The translations under genes were made by a program, and so were the position numbers. Positions 11,001 through 22,100 of a stretch of DNA of 64,000 nt are shown piece after piece. The stretch covers positions 128,001-192,000 of the forward strand of contig CAVTET010000012.1 in assembly GCA_963733675.1 (NCBI GenBank), read 5' to 3'. The first letter of the stretch is position 1, and every line of letters begins with the position of its first letter. Below the pieces are notes generated by a model that had not been told where the DNA came from, ran no database searches, and saw only the letters and a program-made list of their open reading frames with translations. Source of the stretch: an uncultured Methanosarcinaceae archaeon (lineage in GTDB: Archaea; Halobacteriota; Methanosarcinia; Methanosarcinales; Methanosarcinaceae).

Positions 11001-12208
11001 CCGAAATGGTATTTGTTAAGAAAATTATTTTGGGCAAAATTAATCCCGGCATATATGGAATCTATTCAAGTTTTTATTTTAGAAAATGGATGATTGATCG
11101 TTTAATGGCCATGTCTTTGTCAATTTTGCACACGCTTTATGCTACGCTCTACATAGTGCCTTTTTTAAGGGCTATGGGTGTAAAAATTGGGAAAAAAGCC
11201 GAAGTTTCTACAGTCATGCATATTTCTCCAGACCTTCTGTATATGGGAGATGAAACTTTTTTCGCAGATGCTGCGATGATTGGAACACAGAAAGTATATA
11301 TGAATCGAATGATGATCGCAGAGTCAAGGATAGGTAAGCGTTCCTTCATAGGAAATGGTTCTATGTTGCCAATAAACACGACGATTGGAGATAACTGCTT
11401 GATTGGAGTGTTATCTGTCCCACCGAAAGGAAGAATTACTCCCTCAGGTACTTCATGGCTTGGTATGCCAGCAATGTATTTACACAAAAGGGATATAAAC
11501 AACAGTTTCCCTGATACTGAAACTTATTCGCCAAATAAGCTGCTTTATGCAAAAAGGCTTACAATTGAGTTTTTTAAAGTGATTCTTCCTGTCGCTGTAG
11601 ATTGCTTAGCAGTTACGCTGATGCTTCCAATTTTGTATTATATGTATATAGACTTATATTTTTGGCAAAGTGTACTTTTATTTCCACTTGTTGTGATTGC
11701 ATTCTTAGCTGCATCCTTATTAATCGTGCTGCTTGCTAAGTATGTGCTAATAGGCACTTTTAAGCCACAGGACAAACCCCTTTGGAGTAAATTCGTTTGG
11801 ACAAACGAGCTTATAACAGGACTCTACGAAACAATGGTTGCCCCGTTCCTTTCTGTTTTGGTGGGAACTCCATTTATTGCTTGGTTCCTGAGACTTTTCG
11901 GATGCAAAATAGGTAAAAGAACTTTTATTGAAACAACATTTTTTACAGAATTCGACCTTGTAAAAATTGAGGATGAAGCTGCAATAAATCACAATGCTAC
12001 AATGCAAACTCACCTTTTTGAGGATAGAGTCATGAAAATGTCATATCTCAGAATCGGAAAGTGCTGTACAGTCGGAAGTGAAGCAATAGTTCTTTACGAC
12101 ACTGTCATGGAGGAAGGAGCAAAACTTGGAAGCCTGTCACTTCTAATGAAAGGTGAAACACTACCTTCGTGGACTTCCTGGGAAGGGAATCCAGCGAGAA
12201 CTAGATAA
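8087..12208 (+). CDS. Pls/PosA-type membrane-bound single-module NRPS (A-T-TM-3x C-terminal repeats)
   Basis: A-domain cores YTSGSTGRPKG, FDAS, NTYGPTE, GELLIGGIGLARGY, YRTGDL, SGKIDR; carrier FFNDLGGHSL; hydrophobic TM pairs alternating with three GxKIG beta-helix repeats; QTHLFEDRVMK and W.GNPA C-terminus. Confidence 0.92.
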   Translation: MSLETKFSDLGLLETQEIKAEIARVPNIEQILAADDFSKTISMYSINHGPVDSSLIRDECLFEIFESTSDAYPERPAIIFQNKEYSYKEIDLNANRLARYLREMSIQTGDKVGLLLENSVDMYVAMLGIMKSGAAYVPIDIGYPEDRVKYILENSEVSLTVTCSSIADFFAINDNILLLDQESDIINRHTCRRLERAETGVTPNDLSYIIYTSGSTGRPKGVQIEHKSVCNLVRASQKIYQIKPEDRVYQGFTVAFDASIEEIWMAFGHGAALIPKTMKMQKAGFDFGKLLIEAKVTILSCVPTFMSMITEDIPSLRLIILGGEACPQHLVDKLSKPTRRLINTYGPTEATVIATYSELEPNKKVTIGRPLSNYSVYILNEDGSLALHGEAGELLIGGIGLARGYIGNSDLNQDKFIENPEFKSSKDPKKFNEIYPQRLYRTGDLVRFGQGGEIEFLGRIDSQVKIRGFRVELSEIESVINSSKSVLTSVVSVHDSPEGIQKLAAYIVPEDKKESVDLANIYTLMKERLPSYMVPRYIEFIDKLPMLQSGKIDRKSLRLPNKIIIPQKSKNEVKPRTELEDKIAEVWKSVFKMESISIKDHFFNDLGGHSLFAASTISALRKYPEMSFLNFADIYESPTIELLAEKINSYKYTQPNNVEKIKKSFLTSSSISHALCGIGQALCFSLSSLLFSFLLMGGVYLLLWAVLSGTPNVGNIVIISGVLLLLGVGLFPFFILLTIAIKWIVIGRYKPGRYPLWGSYYLRWWFVRAFSLAPISLFEGTPLMPLYLRLMGSKVGKDCYINTSTIQTFDLISIGDKTSIGFDAQLLGYTVEGGCLVLGKVDIGSKCYVGTHSILCPDTKMENGSMLLDQSTISEGITIPSGESWSGSPASISEPDEDILAIKTSSIGSSLKRKVAFGIAQFTVASYIFELITLIASIPVLINMYFLYVSQKIWILAFLPLAATMFVLIMCTEMVFVKKIILGKINPGIYGIYSSFYFRKWMIDRLMAMSLSILHTLYATLYIVPFLRAMGVKIGKKAEVSTVMHISPDLLYMGDETFFADAAMIGTQKVYMNRMMIAESRIGKRSFIGNGSMLPINTTIGDNCLIGVLSVPPKGRITPSGTSWLGMPAMYLHKRDINNSFPDTETYSPNKLLYAKRLTIEFFKVILPVAVDCLAVTLMLPILYYMYIDLYFWQSVLLFPLVVIAFLAASLLIVLLAKYVLIGTFKPQDKPLWSKFVWTNELITGLYETMVAPFLSVLVGTPFIAWFLRLFGCKIGKRTFIETTFFTEFDLVKIEDEAAINHNATMQTHLFEDRVMKMSYLRIGKCCTVGSEAIVLYDTVMEEGAKLGSLSLLMKGETLPSWTSWEGNPARTR

Positions 12209-12397
12209 AGATCTCGTCTTGTCTTCCTTGGAGGCAAATCAACCTACACTACAACAATATTTTTTTCTGTGAATTATTTATTAAACCTTAAAACAGGACA
12301 TTTTTTCCTTATTTGAGAAAATGCAGATAGATCCTTTTGCTGATGATTTTTAGCAATTCAAGGTCCAATTGATCGCAATTAATCAAATATCCAGAAA

Positions 12398-13123
12398 ATG
12401 ATACAAATTATCCTATTTTTAGATGGTTTTGAGATGAAAATATTTGCCTTAAATGACCTAGAAACAATGGATGATTTAACATTTCTGAAGCTATTGACAA
12501 ATATACCTGACGAAAATCAGAAGAGGATTATAAAATTTACAAAACCTGATGATGCAAAACAAGTTTTGCTGGCGGACATTCTTGTAAGGTATGTCGTAGC
12601 GAGCGAGCTGAAAATTAGCAGTAAAACAATAGAATTTAATCATAATAGATACGGTAAGCCTTTTCTGAAGGGAAATTACAGACTTTATTTTAATGTCTCA
12701 CATTCTGGAAATTGGATTGTTTGTGCAATCGATGATGAACCCGTTGGTATCGACATCGAGAAGATAAGGTCAATAGAATTTGAAACACTTGAACAGTTTT
12801 TCTCAGACGAAGAGTACAAAATGTTTATGGCAAAAAATCCGAAAAATTGGCAGGTTTTTTTCTTTGACTTATGGACACTAAAGGAAAGTTATATAAAAGC
12901 AGTCGGGGAGGGGTTATCGATCCCTCTAAATTCATTTACAATTAGTTTTCTTAAAACAGGTGAGATAGCTGTTAAATTAGGCAATAAATTAACAAATTGG
13001 ACCCTAAAACAATATTTTATGGACCCGAAATATAAAATGTCAGTATGTGGTACACATAAGGCCTTTCCAGAGAATGTGATTATAAAAAAATTAAAATATA
13101 TTTGTTCGGAACATAGTATGTGA
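12398..13123 (+). CDS. Sfp-type 4'-phosphopantetheinyl transferase (start may be 12434)
   Basis: YGKP, FNVSHS, VGIDIE, WTLKESYIKAVGEG motifs; directly downstream of the NRPS. Confidence 0.92.
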   Translation: MIQIILFLDGFEMKIFALNDLETMDDLTFLKLLTNIPDENQKRIIKFTKPDDAKQVLLADILVRYVVASELKISSKTIEFNHNRYGKPFLKGNYRLYFNVSHSGNWIVCAIDDEPVGIDIEKIRSIEFETLEQFFSDEEYKMFMAKNPKNWQVFFFDLWTLKESYIKAVGEGLSIPLNSFTISFLKTGEIAVKLGNKLTNWTLKQYFMDPKYKMSVCGTHKAFPENVIIKKLKYICSEHSM

Positions 13124-14258
13124 TGTAAGCATTCAACTCATCAGAAAAATTAATTGATATCAATTTTAACATAATAGTTACGTTCGATTACTAACTGAAT
13201 AAAAAAGAAAAAACATAATCATAGCCAACAATTAAGAATATCAACTTCAGCTCACTGAAATTTGCCTATTGGATCTTAATGAAGATAGCTATGATGTTGT
13301 TTTACACTGGTTGAATAGAATCTCTGAATTGAATCGTTCGGGAATTCAGAGTGTTTTTTCGTAAGCTCCCAGCTATTATAGAGTAATGCAAGAGAATTTA
13401 GGGTCGCTGCAACATCTAGGTGTTACGGACCCCAGAACTTGTTCAAAATTTCACGAGCCCTTTGGTAAAGTAGGAGCTATTTTTTGTAATCTCCTATCTA
13501 AAAATAGAGATTGAAGATATATTTTAGTGTTGTTGCAATCAATATATATTTTTGCCAGAGTTCAGATTTAAGAATTTGTAACATCTCTTCAAATATTGGA
13601 GAATTTAACTACCAGTATGCAGCTGCATATTATCTACTTCACACCAACAAAAACCACAACAATGAAAGATTTTTTGTACATTTGGATGCAAGCCTGAAAT
13701 TCTTAACTGTGCATACCATATTCACAGAAGCACTGGAATTGTAAGAGCTGGAGAAAGATCAGATTCTACGAAATTTATAATAGAAATCGAAAAAGAAATA
13801 GTTCAAAATCTGAAAAGAAAATTATCTAATAAAAAAATATAGCCTATTTCAGAGAAGGGTTTTTGCTTTATTGGAAGAAAATTACTATCGAATCAATATT
13901 AACAGTCTTAACAAAATTTGATGCGAAATCCATGTTCATAAGCATATAAAATTAAAAACTAAAAAAGTGTGTTATGGGATGCTTGAGTTTAGCGGAATTA
14001 AATTTGAAGGAAATACTGTCGAATACTTTCCTTAACTCTATATTACAAATGTTCTTAAAATTGTCCCTTATGTGCCCTTTTTTCCAAATTAAGAAACAGA
14101 TATTTATACGAACATCAGAATTGCTATAATTATACCACAAATGTGACTATATATAATTCCTTATGTATACCAGAATAATATAAGAGGTAGGCATCCGGCA
14201 GCAACCCGAAATTAAGTGAGTTAGAGTCTGTGTCTGATTTAAAAAAACTGAAAAAGTA

Positions 14259-14421
14259 ATGGGATAAAAGGATGTTGTAAATTATCAGCGTTCAGAAAGC
14301 GTTTGAAGCCCGATCCACCCTTGAATATATAAGTGATATTTCCAGAGGAACTTTACCCATGAATCTGAAGGATACTGAAAACATACCGTTCAATGCAGAA
14401 AATACACTTTCTGAGGTATGA
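14259..14421 (+). pseudogene. Possible internally deleted O-acetylhomoserine sulfhydrylase remnant
   Basis: KPDP-like N-terminal trace and ...DTENIPFNAENTLSEV* C-terminal trace just upstream of metX; weak similarity. Confidence 0.35.
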
Positions 14422-14466
14422 AAATGGAAATTTCGGCCCACGTTTCATCATTTAAAAATTTATTTA

Positions 14467-15928
14467 TGGGAAACAAAAACCAAAATTCAGTGATAGTTCA
14501 TTCAATGAACCATAATATTCCTGGTATTTTAACCCTGGAGAGCAGAAAAAACTCTTTCCGCAGTCAAGATAGAATATGAGGTTGATGGAGAGATGAATGA
14601 TGGTAAGAGCAATGTAACCTGATCTGCCAACCTTAATAGGTGATGCCCATGCTGAAGGGTTTCATAGGGGAGATAAAAAGCCAGGCCTGTGAAACATTGT
14701 AATTGGCCCAAATAAAGCATTTGATACAGAAAAATACTGTGTCATTTGTTCAAACATACTGAGAGGTTTTAAGGGATCCACATGTCCCTTTTTCATAGAT
14801 CCTGAAACCGGAAAGCCCTATGCACCTCATTTTCTATAATTACTATCGCAGATGTTGTGAACCCCCAGAAAAAATTGATCCAATATCTAGTAATAAGACA
14901 ACTTTATGCAGTTGTAGGTGGCTCAATTGGTGGAATGCAAGTTCTTCAATGGACAATAAGCTATCCATATATGGTAAAAAAGGCTATCGCAATAGCTACA
15001 ACTGCATCTTCAACCCCGCAACAAATTGCATTTGGAGCATAGGTAGGAAAGCCATAACTTATGACCCTAAATGGGATGGAGGAAATTACTGTGGGAAAGA
15101 AATACCTGCACAAGGACTCGCACTTGCACGCATGGTAGGCCATATAACATACCTAAGTGATGCTTCGATGCAAAAGAAGTTTGGAAGAGTTCAGCAGGAT
15201 GAAGAAGGTATAGATCGCTCACCAAATTTTCAGATCGACAGCCACCTAAATCATCAGGAAGATACCTTTACAAAGCGTTTGACGCTAATTCATACTATAT
15301 GTTACAAAATACGTGGATTTCTTCGACCTTTCAAGGAATTGGCCCCTCATAGATGGCTTTGTTGGAGTTACAGCAAAATATCTCGTATTCTCCATAACTT
15401 TAGACTGGCTGTATCCTACGTATCAATCCCAAGAAATCGTATCTGCTCTTACAGCAAATGTAATTGATGTAAAATACGAAGAAATCAGGTCTCAATATGT
15501 ATATGATGCCTTTTTGCTTGAAGAAGGACAGATGAATTACCTAATAAGGGGTTTTCTATCCCAGATCCTTGTAAAGGACATTATAAATCAGAATTTTTAT
15601 TCAGTTTTCAGAGATGAAACAATAGAAAACGTATCAATACTCATGGTAAAAAGAAGGTTAAACATCTACTTTTCGTATCTGAAGGAAAGCTTGAAGGATT
15701 GTCACCTTCTGGGATATTACAAAAGCATTTGCCTGTAAAATAACTGAATTAAATGAGATAATTACACGTGATGTCTGGTATGATCATGGAGGCGATAAAG
15801 TTGAGATTGCATCGTCAAGAATGGAAAACTATTCAATTTTTGCACTTCCAGTCATCGACTTAAAAAACCACATAACAGGTATGGTTACAGGTGATAATAT
15901 AAGTGCTCTTATTGAAAAGTTCCATTAA
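14467..15928 (+). pseudogene. metX: Homoserine O-acetyltransferase with C-terminal CBS pair, multiply frameshifted
   Basis: [50 protein letters not shown] spread over different frames; CBS remnants to 15928. Confidence 0.88.
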
Positions 15929-16386
15929 TTCTGAAGGAGGCTCAAAATTCTATTTTTTTGTCAAACTCGATTATTAGAGTACTATACCAAAAAGATTAGA
16001 TATATAGTATAAAGAAGAATGATAGAATAAGATTATATTCTAAAAATATTAAATATGTTGAGAACATATTATAACCTACGTTCTCATCTGTTACTACATA
16101 GTCAAGACCTATTCCACAAAAACTCCATTCAGTAAATACTCCTTAAAAATATAGTCTATATAGTGAAGGGATAAAATCAAAAGATGTAACTTGTGGGTCC
16201 AATATTAAATCTCTTCTATATGGGATCGTGCCTTTCGGAACTTCAATAATTTATCAGGTGAGAACGCAATTTATCCCTAAAATATAACCTAATATTATTC
16301 TTTTTTTGATTGATTAAAGCCACAATAAACCTTTTATAGGATCATTTACTATAGCTTCCACCTTTTACATAATTAAATTAATCTAT

Positions 16387-16498
16387 GACTACGTGATTGA
16401 ACTGAAAAATCAATAGCTTTAAACCTTTAACTATTTTAAATGCGAATTTAAAGCACATTGTTTATTGTGCTTGATCTTGTACCTCAAATGTGTAAGCC
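16387..16498. repeat. MITE-like family B copy
   Basis: GACTACGTGATTGAACTGAAAAATCAATAGC ... TGTGTAAGCC. Confidence 0.55.
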
Positions 16499-16573
16499 AT
16501 TGAATACTGCCAGTGGATTGTAGAAAATCCTCTTACATAAACGCACCCCTAATTTCCCTGCAAAAAGATATCG

Positions 16574-16901
16574 TCAAACCCTACAATCACATCCTTTTGC
16601 TTTCAGGATCTGTACCTGTTCCTCATAAGAATTCACAAATTTATCCTGAAAGGCTTTTCCTGTAGCTAGAAGGTTCTAGAAGAGTATGATGTTTATAACC
16701 ACGCTCCACCATCTCATGGGCAAGGGATTTATGCCGCATGTAAAGAGCCTTGAGCCTCCCTCTCCATCGCAATGTTTCTGGATGATGGGAATATGCCTTC
16801 TTTTTTTTAGTTATTATGGACCATATAGCATGCAACTCTCTATGTTTTCCCAGAAGGTGCTGCCTACATAGCTTCTCAGGTGGTATATCCCAAGTTCTCA
16901 T
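16574..16901 (-). pseudogene. Pyrimidine dimer DNA glycosylase / T4 endonuclease V family, frameshifted near C-terminus
   Basis: MRTWDIPPEKLCRQHLLGKHRELH, HPETLRW, EMVERGY; tail EEQVQILKAKGCDCRV* in another frame. Confidence 0.75.
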
Positions 16902-17886
16902 AGTACTAATCTAAATACATTTCAGAAAGATCTTTCGGAAAAAAGGTTTAATCATTTTCAAAACTTAGTTTAATATTTTGTATCTGATTCTTCATTCTGA
17001 CATTTGTTTATAGATTACCAGAAAAACTTTATCCATGCAAAAGTGGGTATTCCGATGCTTGCATTATCTTGATTTTACTAATTGCTACATTTACTTTCAA
17101 GAGATGAATACAAAAATGCCTTATTTTTTCAATATAACAATAGCTTCAAAGTTTATCTACTATTCAAAACCATAGATTTCGATTATAAAGACCAAAAAAT
17201 GCAGAGGAGATTATGTTAAAAATTTAGCAAAGCGATATCAAAAGATTTAGTTCCAAATGAGCAATATGTCTCAGGTTCCCGTGATGAAGCTTCAACACAA
17301 ATTAAAGTAGATATTCAAAGTTTATGAACATTATATAAATTTTTTATAGCTAAAAATACTGATTATACAGGCCAAATGCTTTTGTATTTACTCCATTAAT
17401 GGAATCAATGCATTGATTTTATGAAACATTCCAAATCAGAGATTGCATGTGAATTTTTGGAAAAAATAGTGGAAATGAATCATGGAAGAATAAATCTTGT
17501 TCTAATATATAGAGGTCGCAACATGCTGAAAGTTCCGCAAATTCTGACTGATTTCATACTTCTTTGTCTCCACCACAAAAAACAGAAAACTTTATTAGCA
17601 CAACCTTTGATTTCGTGCTCCGTTAATTATTGGCATAATATTACATTAAATTTCTTTTAATTGCTTTAAGAATTTTTTGCAAAATAAACTATATTATCAA
17701 ATATTATTGGAAAAAAAGAATTATGTGGGAAATGACAAGACATTAACTAATTTAATTATTTTATTCACTAGTACTCTAAACTCACAAATCTAAAAGTGTA
17801 GAAAGGCGCATATCTAAATTAGTTTAACCAAGCAAGTTTATTTCCAATCCAATTTGCTTGTATGTTTGTAGTCTAATACTAATTGT

Positions 17887-18740
17887 GGTTCCGTTGCAAA
17901 AAATCCTTTCTAATGATACAATAGAATAAAAAGAAAACCAAAGATAGTAACATGCTATCTAATTCCTTTAAATGGAAGCATTATGAAGGGGAAATTATCT
18001 TATTAAATGTAAGATGGTACTTAAAATATGCATTAAGTTATAGAAATTTAAAGGAAATGATGGCAGAAAGGGGAGTAAAAGTCGACCATACAACAATCAT
18101 GAGATGGGTGCATCAATATTCCCCTGAAATCGAAAAGAAGATAAGAAGACATTTAAGACCAACAAATGATTCGTGGAGAGTTGATGAAACCTATATCAAA
18201 GTAAAAGGTAAATGGAAATATTTTTACCGAGCAGTTGACTCAAATGGAGATACAATTGATTTCATGTTAAGTTCAAAACGAGATAGAAAAGCAGCGAATA
18301 GATTCTTTAAAAAGGCTTTAAGTTCTAATCATAATCAAATTCCAAGAGTAATAACAGTTGATAAAAATCCAGCTTATCCACCTGCTATAGATAAACTGAA
18401 AAATGAGAAGAACTTGTTTAAAAATGTTGAAATTAGACAAGTGAGGTATTTGAATAACATTATAGAACAAGATCATAGATCTATAAAGCGAATCGTTAAT
18501 CCAATGTTAGGATTTCAGTCTTTTCGATCTGCTAATGAGACTTTAAAAGGAATTGAAGCTATGAATATGATCAAAAAAAACAAGTCAATAATCTAAATTA
18601 CTCTGTTCTTGGTGAAGTCAAATACATTAATCAATTGTTTGGTATAGTTTTATAATGTTAGTACATTTTTCTTGGATATTTTGATTTTTATTAATCACTT
18701 ATAGATTTACATATTTTGTTGAATTTTTTGCAATGGAACC
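17887..18740 (+). mobile_element. IS6-family element copy 1 (854 bp), transposase 17952-18596 with C-terminal frameshift
   Basis: Terminal IRs GGTTCCGTTGCAAA / TTTGCAATGGAACC; WRVDETY, TVDK, NNIIEQDHR DDE motifs. Confidence 0.95.
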
Positions 18741-19697
18741 ATAATTACAATGAATCAGAAAAAGAATCAAAAGGTGTGCGAATCCTTTTAAAACATCTCT
18801 TTTGCCCATTAATGAAGGTGGAACTTCCAAATAGTGTTTATAGCAATTAAACCGTACACTGGTGCAATTAAACATCTATAACGCGAATTTTCATAAGGTA
18901 TTTGAATGTGCCTGATGACTGGGTCACAAAAAAATTATGCGACAAGAAAAGTTCCAAGAGATTTATTGCTCCATTTAGATCCATATAACTCACGCTTCAA
19001 TAACCACATTTCATAGTTCTGTTCAAAAGAAGAATTTAGTTTCGAGTTTCACATCCATAGCACTTTATATATTTGTGGTTTTTACCTGTTGTTTTTAATT
19101 TCTTACCCATGGTTTCTTTCGTTGATGACATCTATTAATAATTCTGTCAGATATTTTACAAAAGTATAATTCCCTATAAATTTGCTTGGTCTTGTTCTAA
19201 TGATCCCTATTAAACTTTTAGAGTTGGACAGATCTAGACTTATTGAGTTATTTTAAAACTTTTTTTATAAGAACTTAAAATTGTAGTTAAGTTATTCAAA
19301 TTTTGAGAATGTGGAAAAAATAGACATAGGTTCGAAGCGAAGTTATTTCAGGATTAAACAACCTCTTATTTCAATGAATTGTATATGTTCCTTATAACAA
19401 ACCAAATCAAAACGAAGGTTTTCAAAAAATGATCAAAACCTAATGGATCAGCATAGGTGATACTTAGTAATGTACTTAGATGTGGAATTTGTTTGCCTTC
19501 TTGCTACTACTATTCATTGAAAGTTGGATTAATTGTTACGCTACTGTCATATTTCGAAAATATATTGCATTCTTGCGCAAATATGCAAAAAGTGATATTG
19601 TTTGAGAATTCAAATTAAATTTTGCATTGTCTTCCATAGGTAGAATTTTCCTTATTGGATTAAAGAAATTAAGGAAAACAGAGTTGGAGGTGTTCAG

Positions 19698-21677
19698 ATT
19701 AGACCGCTGATTTTCGGAAATGGAAGAATCCTTATCTGTGAAGATGAAATAGGTACTATAAGGGATATCTATTTCCCATACGTGGGGCTTGAAAATCACG
19801 GAAACTCGATAAAGATCGGGATATGCGACCTTGACTCCCGTTATTGCAGCTGGCTTGAAAACTGGAGGATTCAACAGCGGTACAAATCAGTGTTCGCTGA
19901 ACAATTCTGTAACCACAATCTTGAAATTTCAGAAGATGGAGGGGACAAAGAGGAGGTAAGAGAAGAAAATGGTAAAAATAAGTTACCTGAAACTGGGATG
20001 AAAGTTGTTTCAAATATAGGGGAAACATTATTTGAAAACCCTGATCTAGGACTAAGGATTACAATATGGGAAGCTGTCCACCCATCGGTAAACATCTTTT
20101 ACAGAACCTTTGATGTCAGAAATATTTCCAAAACTTCCAGGTGTCTGCGTCTGTTTTCCAACCAGAACTATCGTATTCTTGAGACCAAAATCGGAGAAAC
20201 AGCTATTATTGATAAACAGAATCTTATTCATTACAAGCGCGATCGTTATTTTCTGCATTCTAGCGCCCCTGTCTTTGATCAGTATGCTGCTGGGACTGCA
20301 GAATGGAGGGAGTTTGAAGGAACATGGAAAGATATGGAAAACGATGCTTCTTTGAGCGGAAATTCTGTTGCTCACGGCTCGGTAGATTCTACCCTTGGCT
20401 GGACCCTTCCCGAGCTTAAATCCGGAGAATCTACAAGGGTACACTACTGGATTGTTCTAGGGAAAAAGTATTGCAATGTGCTCAAAGTCAATAAAAAGAT
20501 AAAGGAAGCTGGAAGAAGCACTCTTTTTCACCATAATTTAAATTTCTGGAATTCATTTACTGAAAGGATATCCGTTCTTCGAGAATATCCCAACATGCTT
20601 CAGCTTCCTGAAAAAGTCTCAAAGTGCTTTTACAGGAGTCTCCTTGTAGTTGTCGCCCACATGGATATTACAGGTTCGGTGATTGCATCCTGTGATTCGG
20701 ATATCAAGCAATTTGGAGCAGACCTTTATAGCTACTGTTGGCCCAGAGATGCTGCTTGGATATGCCTTGCGCTGGATAGGGCGCGATACCACCACTTGAG
20801 TACTGAGATATTTGAGTTTTTCTCAAAAATCATCACACCCAAAGGTAACTTCCTTCACAAATATACTCCTGCAGGAGATTTCGGTAGCACATGGCATCCT
20901 GTTCCAATGATTCAAATTGATGAGACAGGACTTCCCCTATATGCTCTATATAATAACTGGAAAATCGCAAAGAGCGTATGGACCACAGGCAGATACTACA
21001 GAGAGCTTGTGATTCCAGCAGCTAACTATCTTACGAAAGCCATTGACAGGAAAATAGGCCTCCCAATTTCAAGTTTCGACCTATGGGAAGAGCGAAAAGG
21101 AGTACATACCTACAGTGCCTGCGCTGTCTATGCCGGCCTTAACGGTGCCTCTGAACTTTCCCGCTCCCTTGGCGATAACGACATAGCAAAAGGATGGAAA
21201 GAAGCTGCAGATAGCATTAAAAAATCTATTATTGCGAAACTCTATGATAATAAACTCAGGCGCTTCAGGCGTTCTCTAGACGATCCTACACTTGATTCGT
21301 CGGCGTTTGCAGTCTGGTACTTCGGAATTCTCCCTCCCGATGATCCAAAAGTTATCCGGACAATGGAAGCTATTGAACGAGAACTTAAGCGTCCCTCCGG
21401 CGGAATTGCCCGGTATCTTCATGACAACTATTATGGCTACATGAATAGCTGGATCATTTGCACTCTCTGGCTATCTCAGTGGCATTCCGCAATCGGAAAC
21501 TTAGAAAGGGCTCTTGAACTTCTGGACTGGTGTGCAACCCACACTTATCCCACGGGCCTTATGTCCGAGCAAGTGGATGACAGAGGAAAACCTATTTCGG
21601 TTCTTCCTTTGGCTTGGTCTCATTCAGCCTATGTGTTGTCTGTACTTGAATATCTCCAGTCCCTTGGAAAAACATGA
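19698..21677 (+). CDS. Glycoside hydrolase family 15 (glucoamylase/trehalase-like)
   Basis: YCWPRD, QIDETG, DLWEE, SEQ, PLAWSH; frame open upstream of GTG 19782 to ATT 19698 behind GGAGGT. Confidence 0.9.
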   Translation: MRPLIFGNGRILICEDEIGTIRDIYFPYVGLENHGNSIKIGICDLDSRYCSWLENWRIQQRYKSVFAEQFCNHNLEISEDGGDKEEVREENGKNKLPETGMKVVSNIGETLFENPDLGLRITIWEAVHPSVNIFYRTFDVRNISKTSRCLRLFSNQNYRILETKIGETAIIDKQNLIHYKRDRYFLHSSAPVFDQYAAGTAEWREFEGTWKDMENDASLSGNSVAHGSVDSTLGWTLPELKSGESTRVHYWIVLGKKYCNVLKVNKKIKEAGRSTLFHHNLNFWNSFTERISVLREYPNMLQLPEKVSKCFYRSLLVVVAHMDITGSVIASCDSDIKQFGADLYSYCWPRDAAWICLALDRARYHHLSTEIFEFFSKIITPKGNFLHKYTPAGDFGSTWHPVPMIQIDETGLPLYALYNNWKIAKSVWTTGRYYRELVIPAANYLTKAIDRKIGLPISSFDLWEERKGVHTYSACAVYAGLNGASELSRSLGDNDIAKGWKEAADSIKKSIIAKLYDNKLRRFRRSLDDPTLDSSAFAVWYFGILPPDDPKVIRTMEAIERELKRPSGGIARYLHDNYYGYMNSWIICTLWLSQWHSAIGNLERALELLDWCATHTYPTGLMSEQVDDRGKPISVLPLAWSHSAYVLSVLEYLQSLGKT

Positions 21678-21752
21678 GGCTTTTTCAGTAGCTATCCAAT
21701 AAAACAGGACAATTCAAGAATAATAAGAAAATTATAATTGGAAACTATAGGA

Positions 21753-21833
21753 AATTTCGATAAACCTAAGATTTCAACAAATTGCTATATGAGTTCTATA
21801 AATAATCAGCCAAAAATTAGGTTTATCGAAATT
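21753..21833. repeat. MITE-like family A copy with perfect 17-bp inverted ends
   Basis: AATTTCGATAAACCTAA ... TTAGGTTTATCGAAATT. Confidence 0.8.
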
Positions 21834-22100
21834 CAATACAGTCAGTAGCAAAATCTCTTAGCTAATTCAAAATTAAATTTAAACCACCGGAAATACTAAA
21901 ATACCGAAAGTAGTTTCCGCATTCTCAAATTAGTCAGTTTCAGTAAGCAAATCTAATGAAGCAGATAGTACATTTTGGAGCTGCGATTCTAATGGTGCAC
22001 TCAAACATTAGAGAAAATTTTAATTAACCTCTGACTTTCATGATTCATTTGCAAGCCACTCATAAGAATATGACAAAATTTTGTGATTTATCAAAATGAA

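Noticed and set aside
8833-12013. Several short ORFs inside the NRPS
   Set aside because: Antisense or alternate-frame shadows with no motifs
14185-14330. SAM riboswitch upstream of metX (GGCAGCAACC)
   Set aside because: Other S-box core elements not found; better explained as leader plus gene remnant
15040-15042. TAG in metX as a pyrrolysine codon
   Set aside because: Created by a 1-bp deletion; homology continues in a different frame
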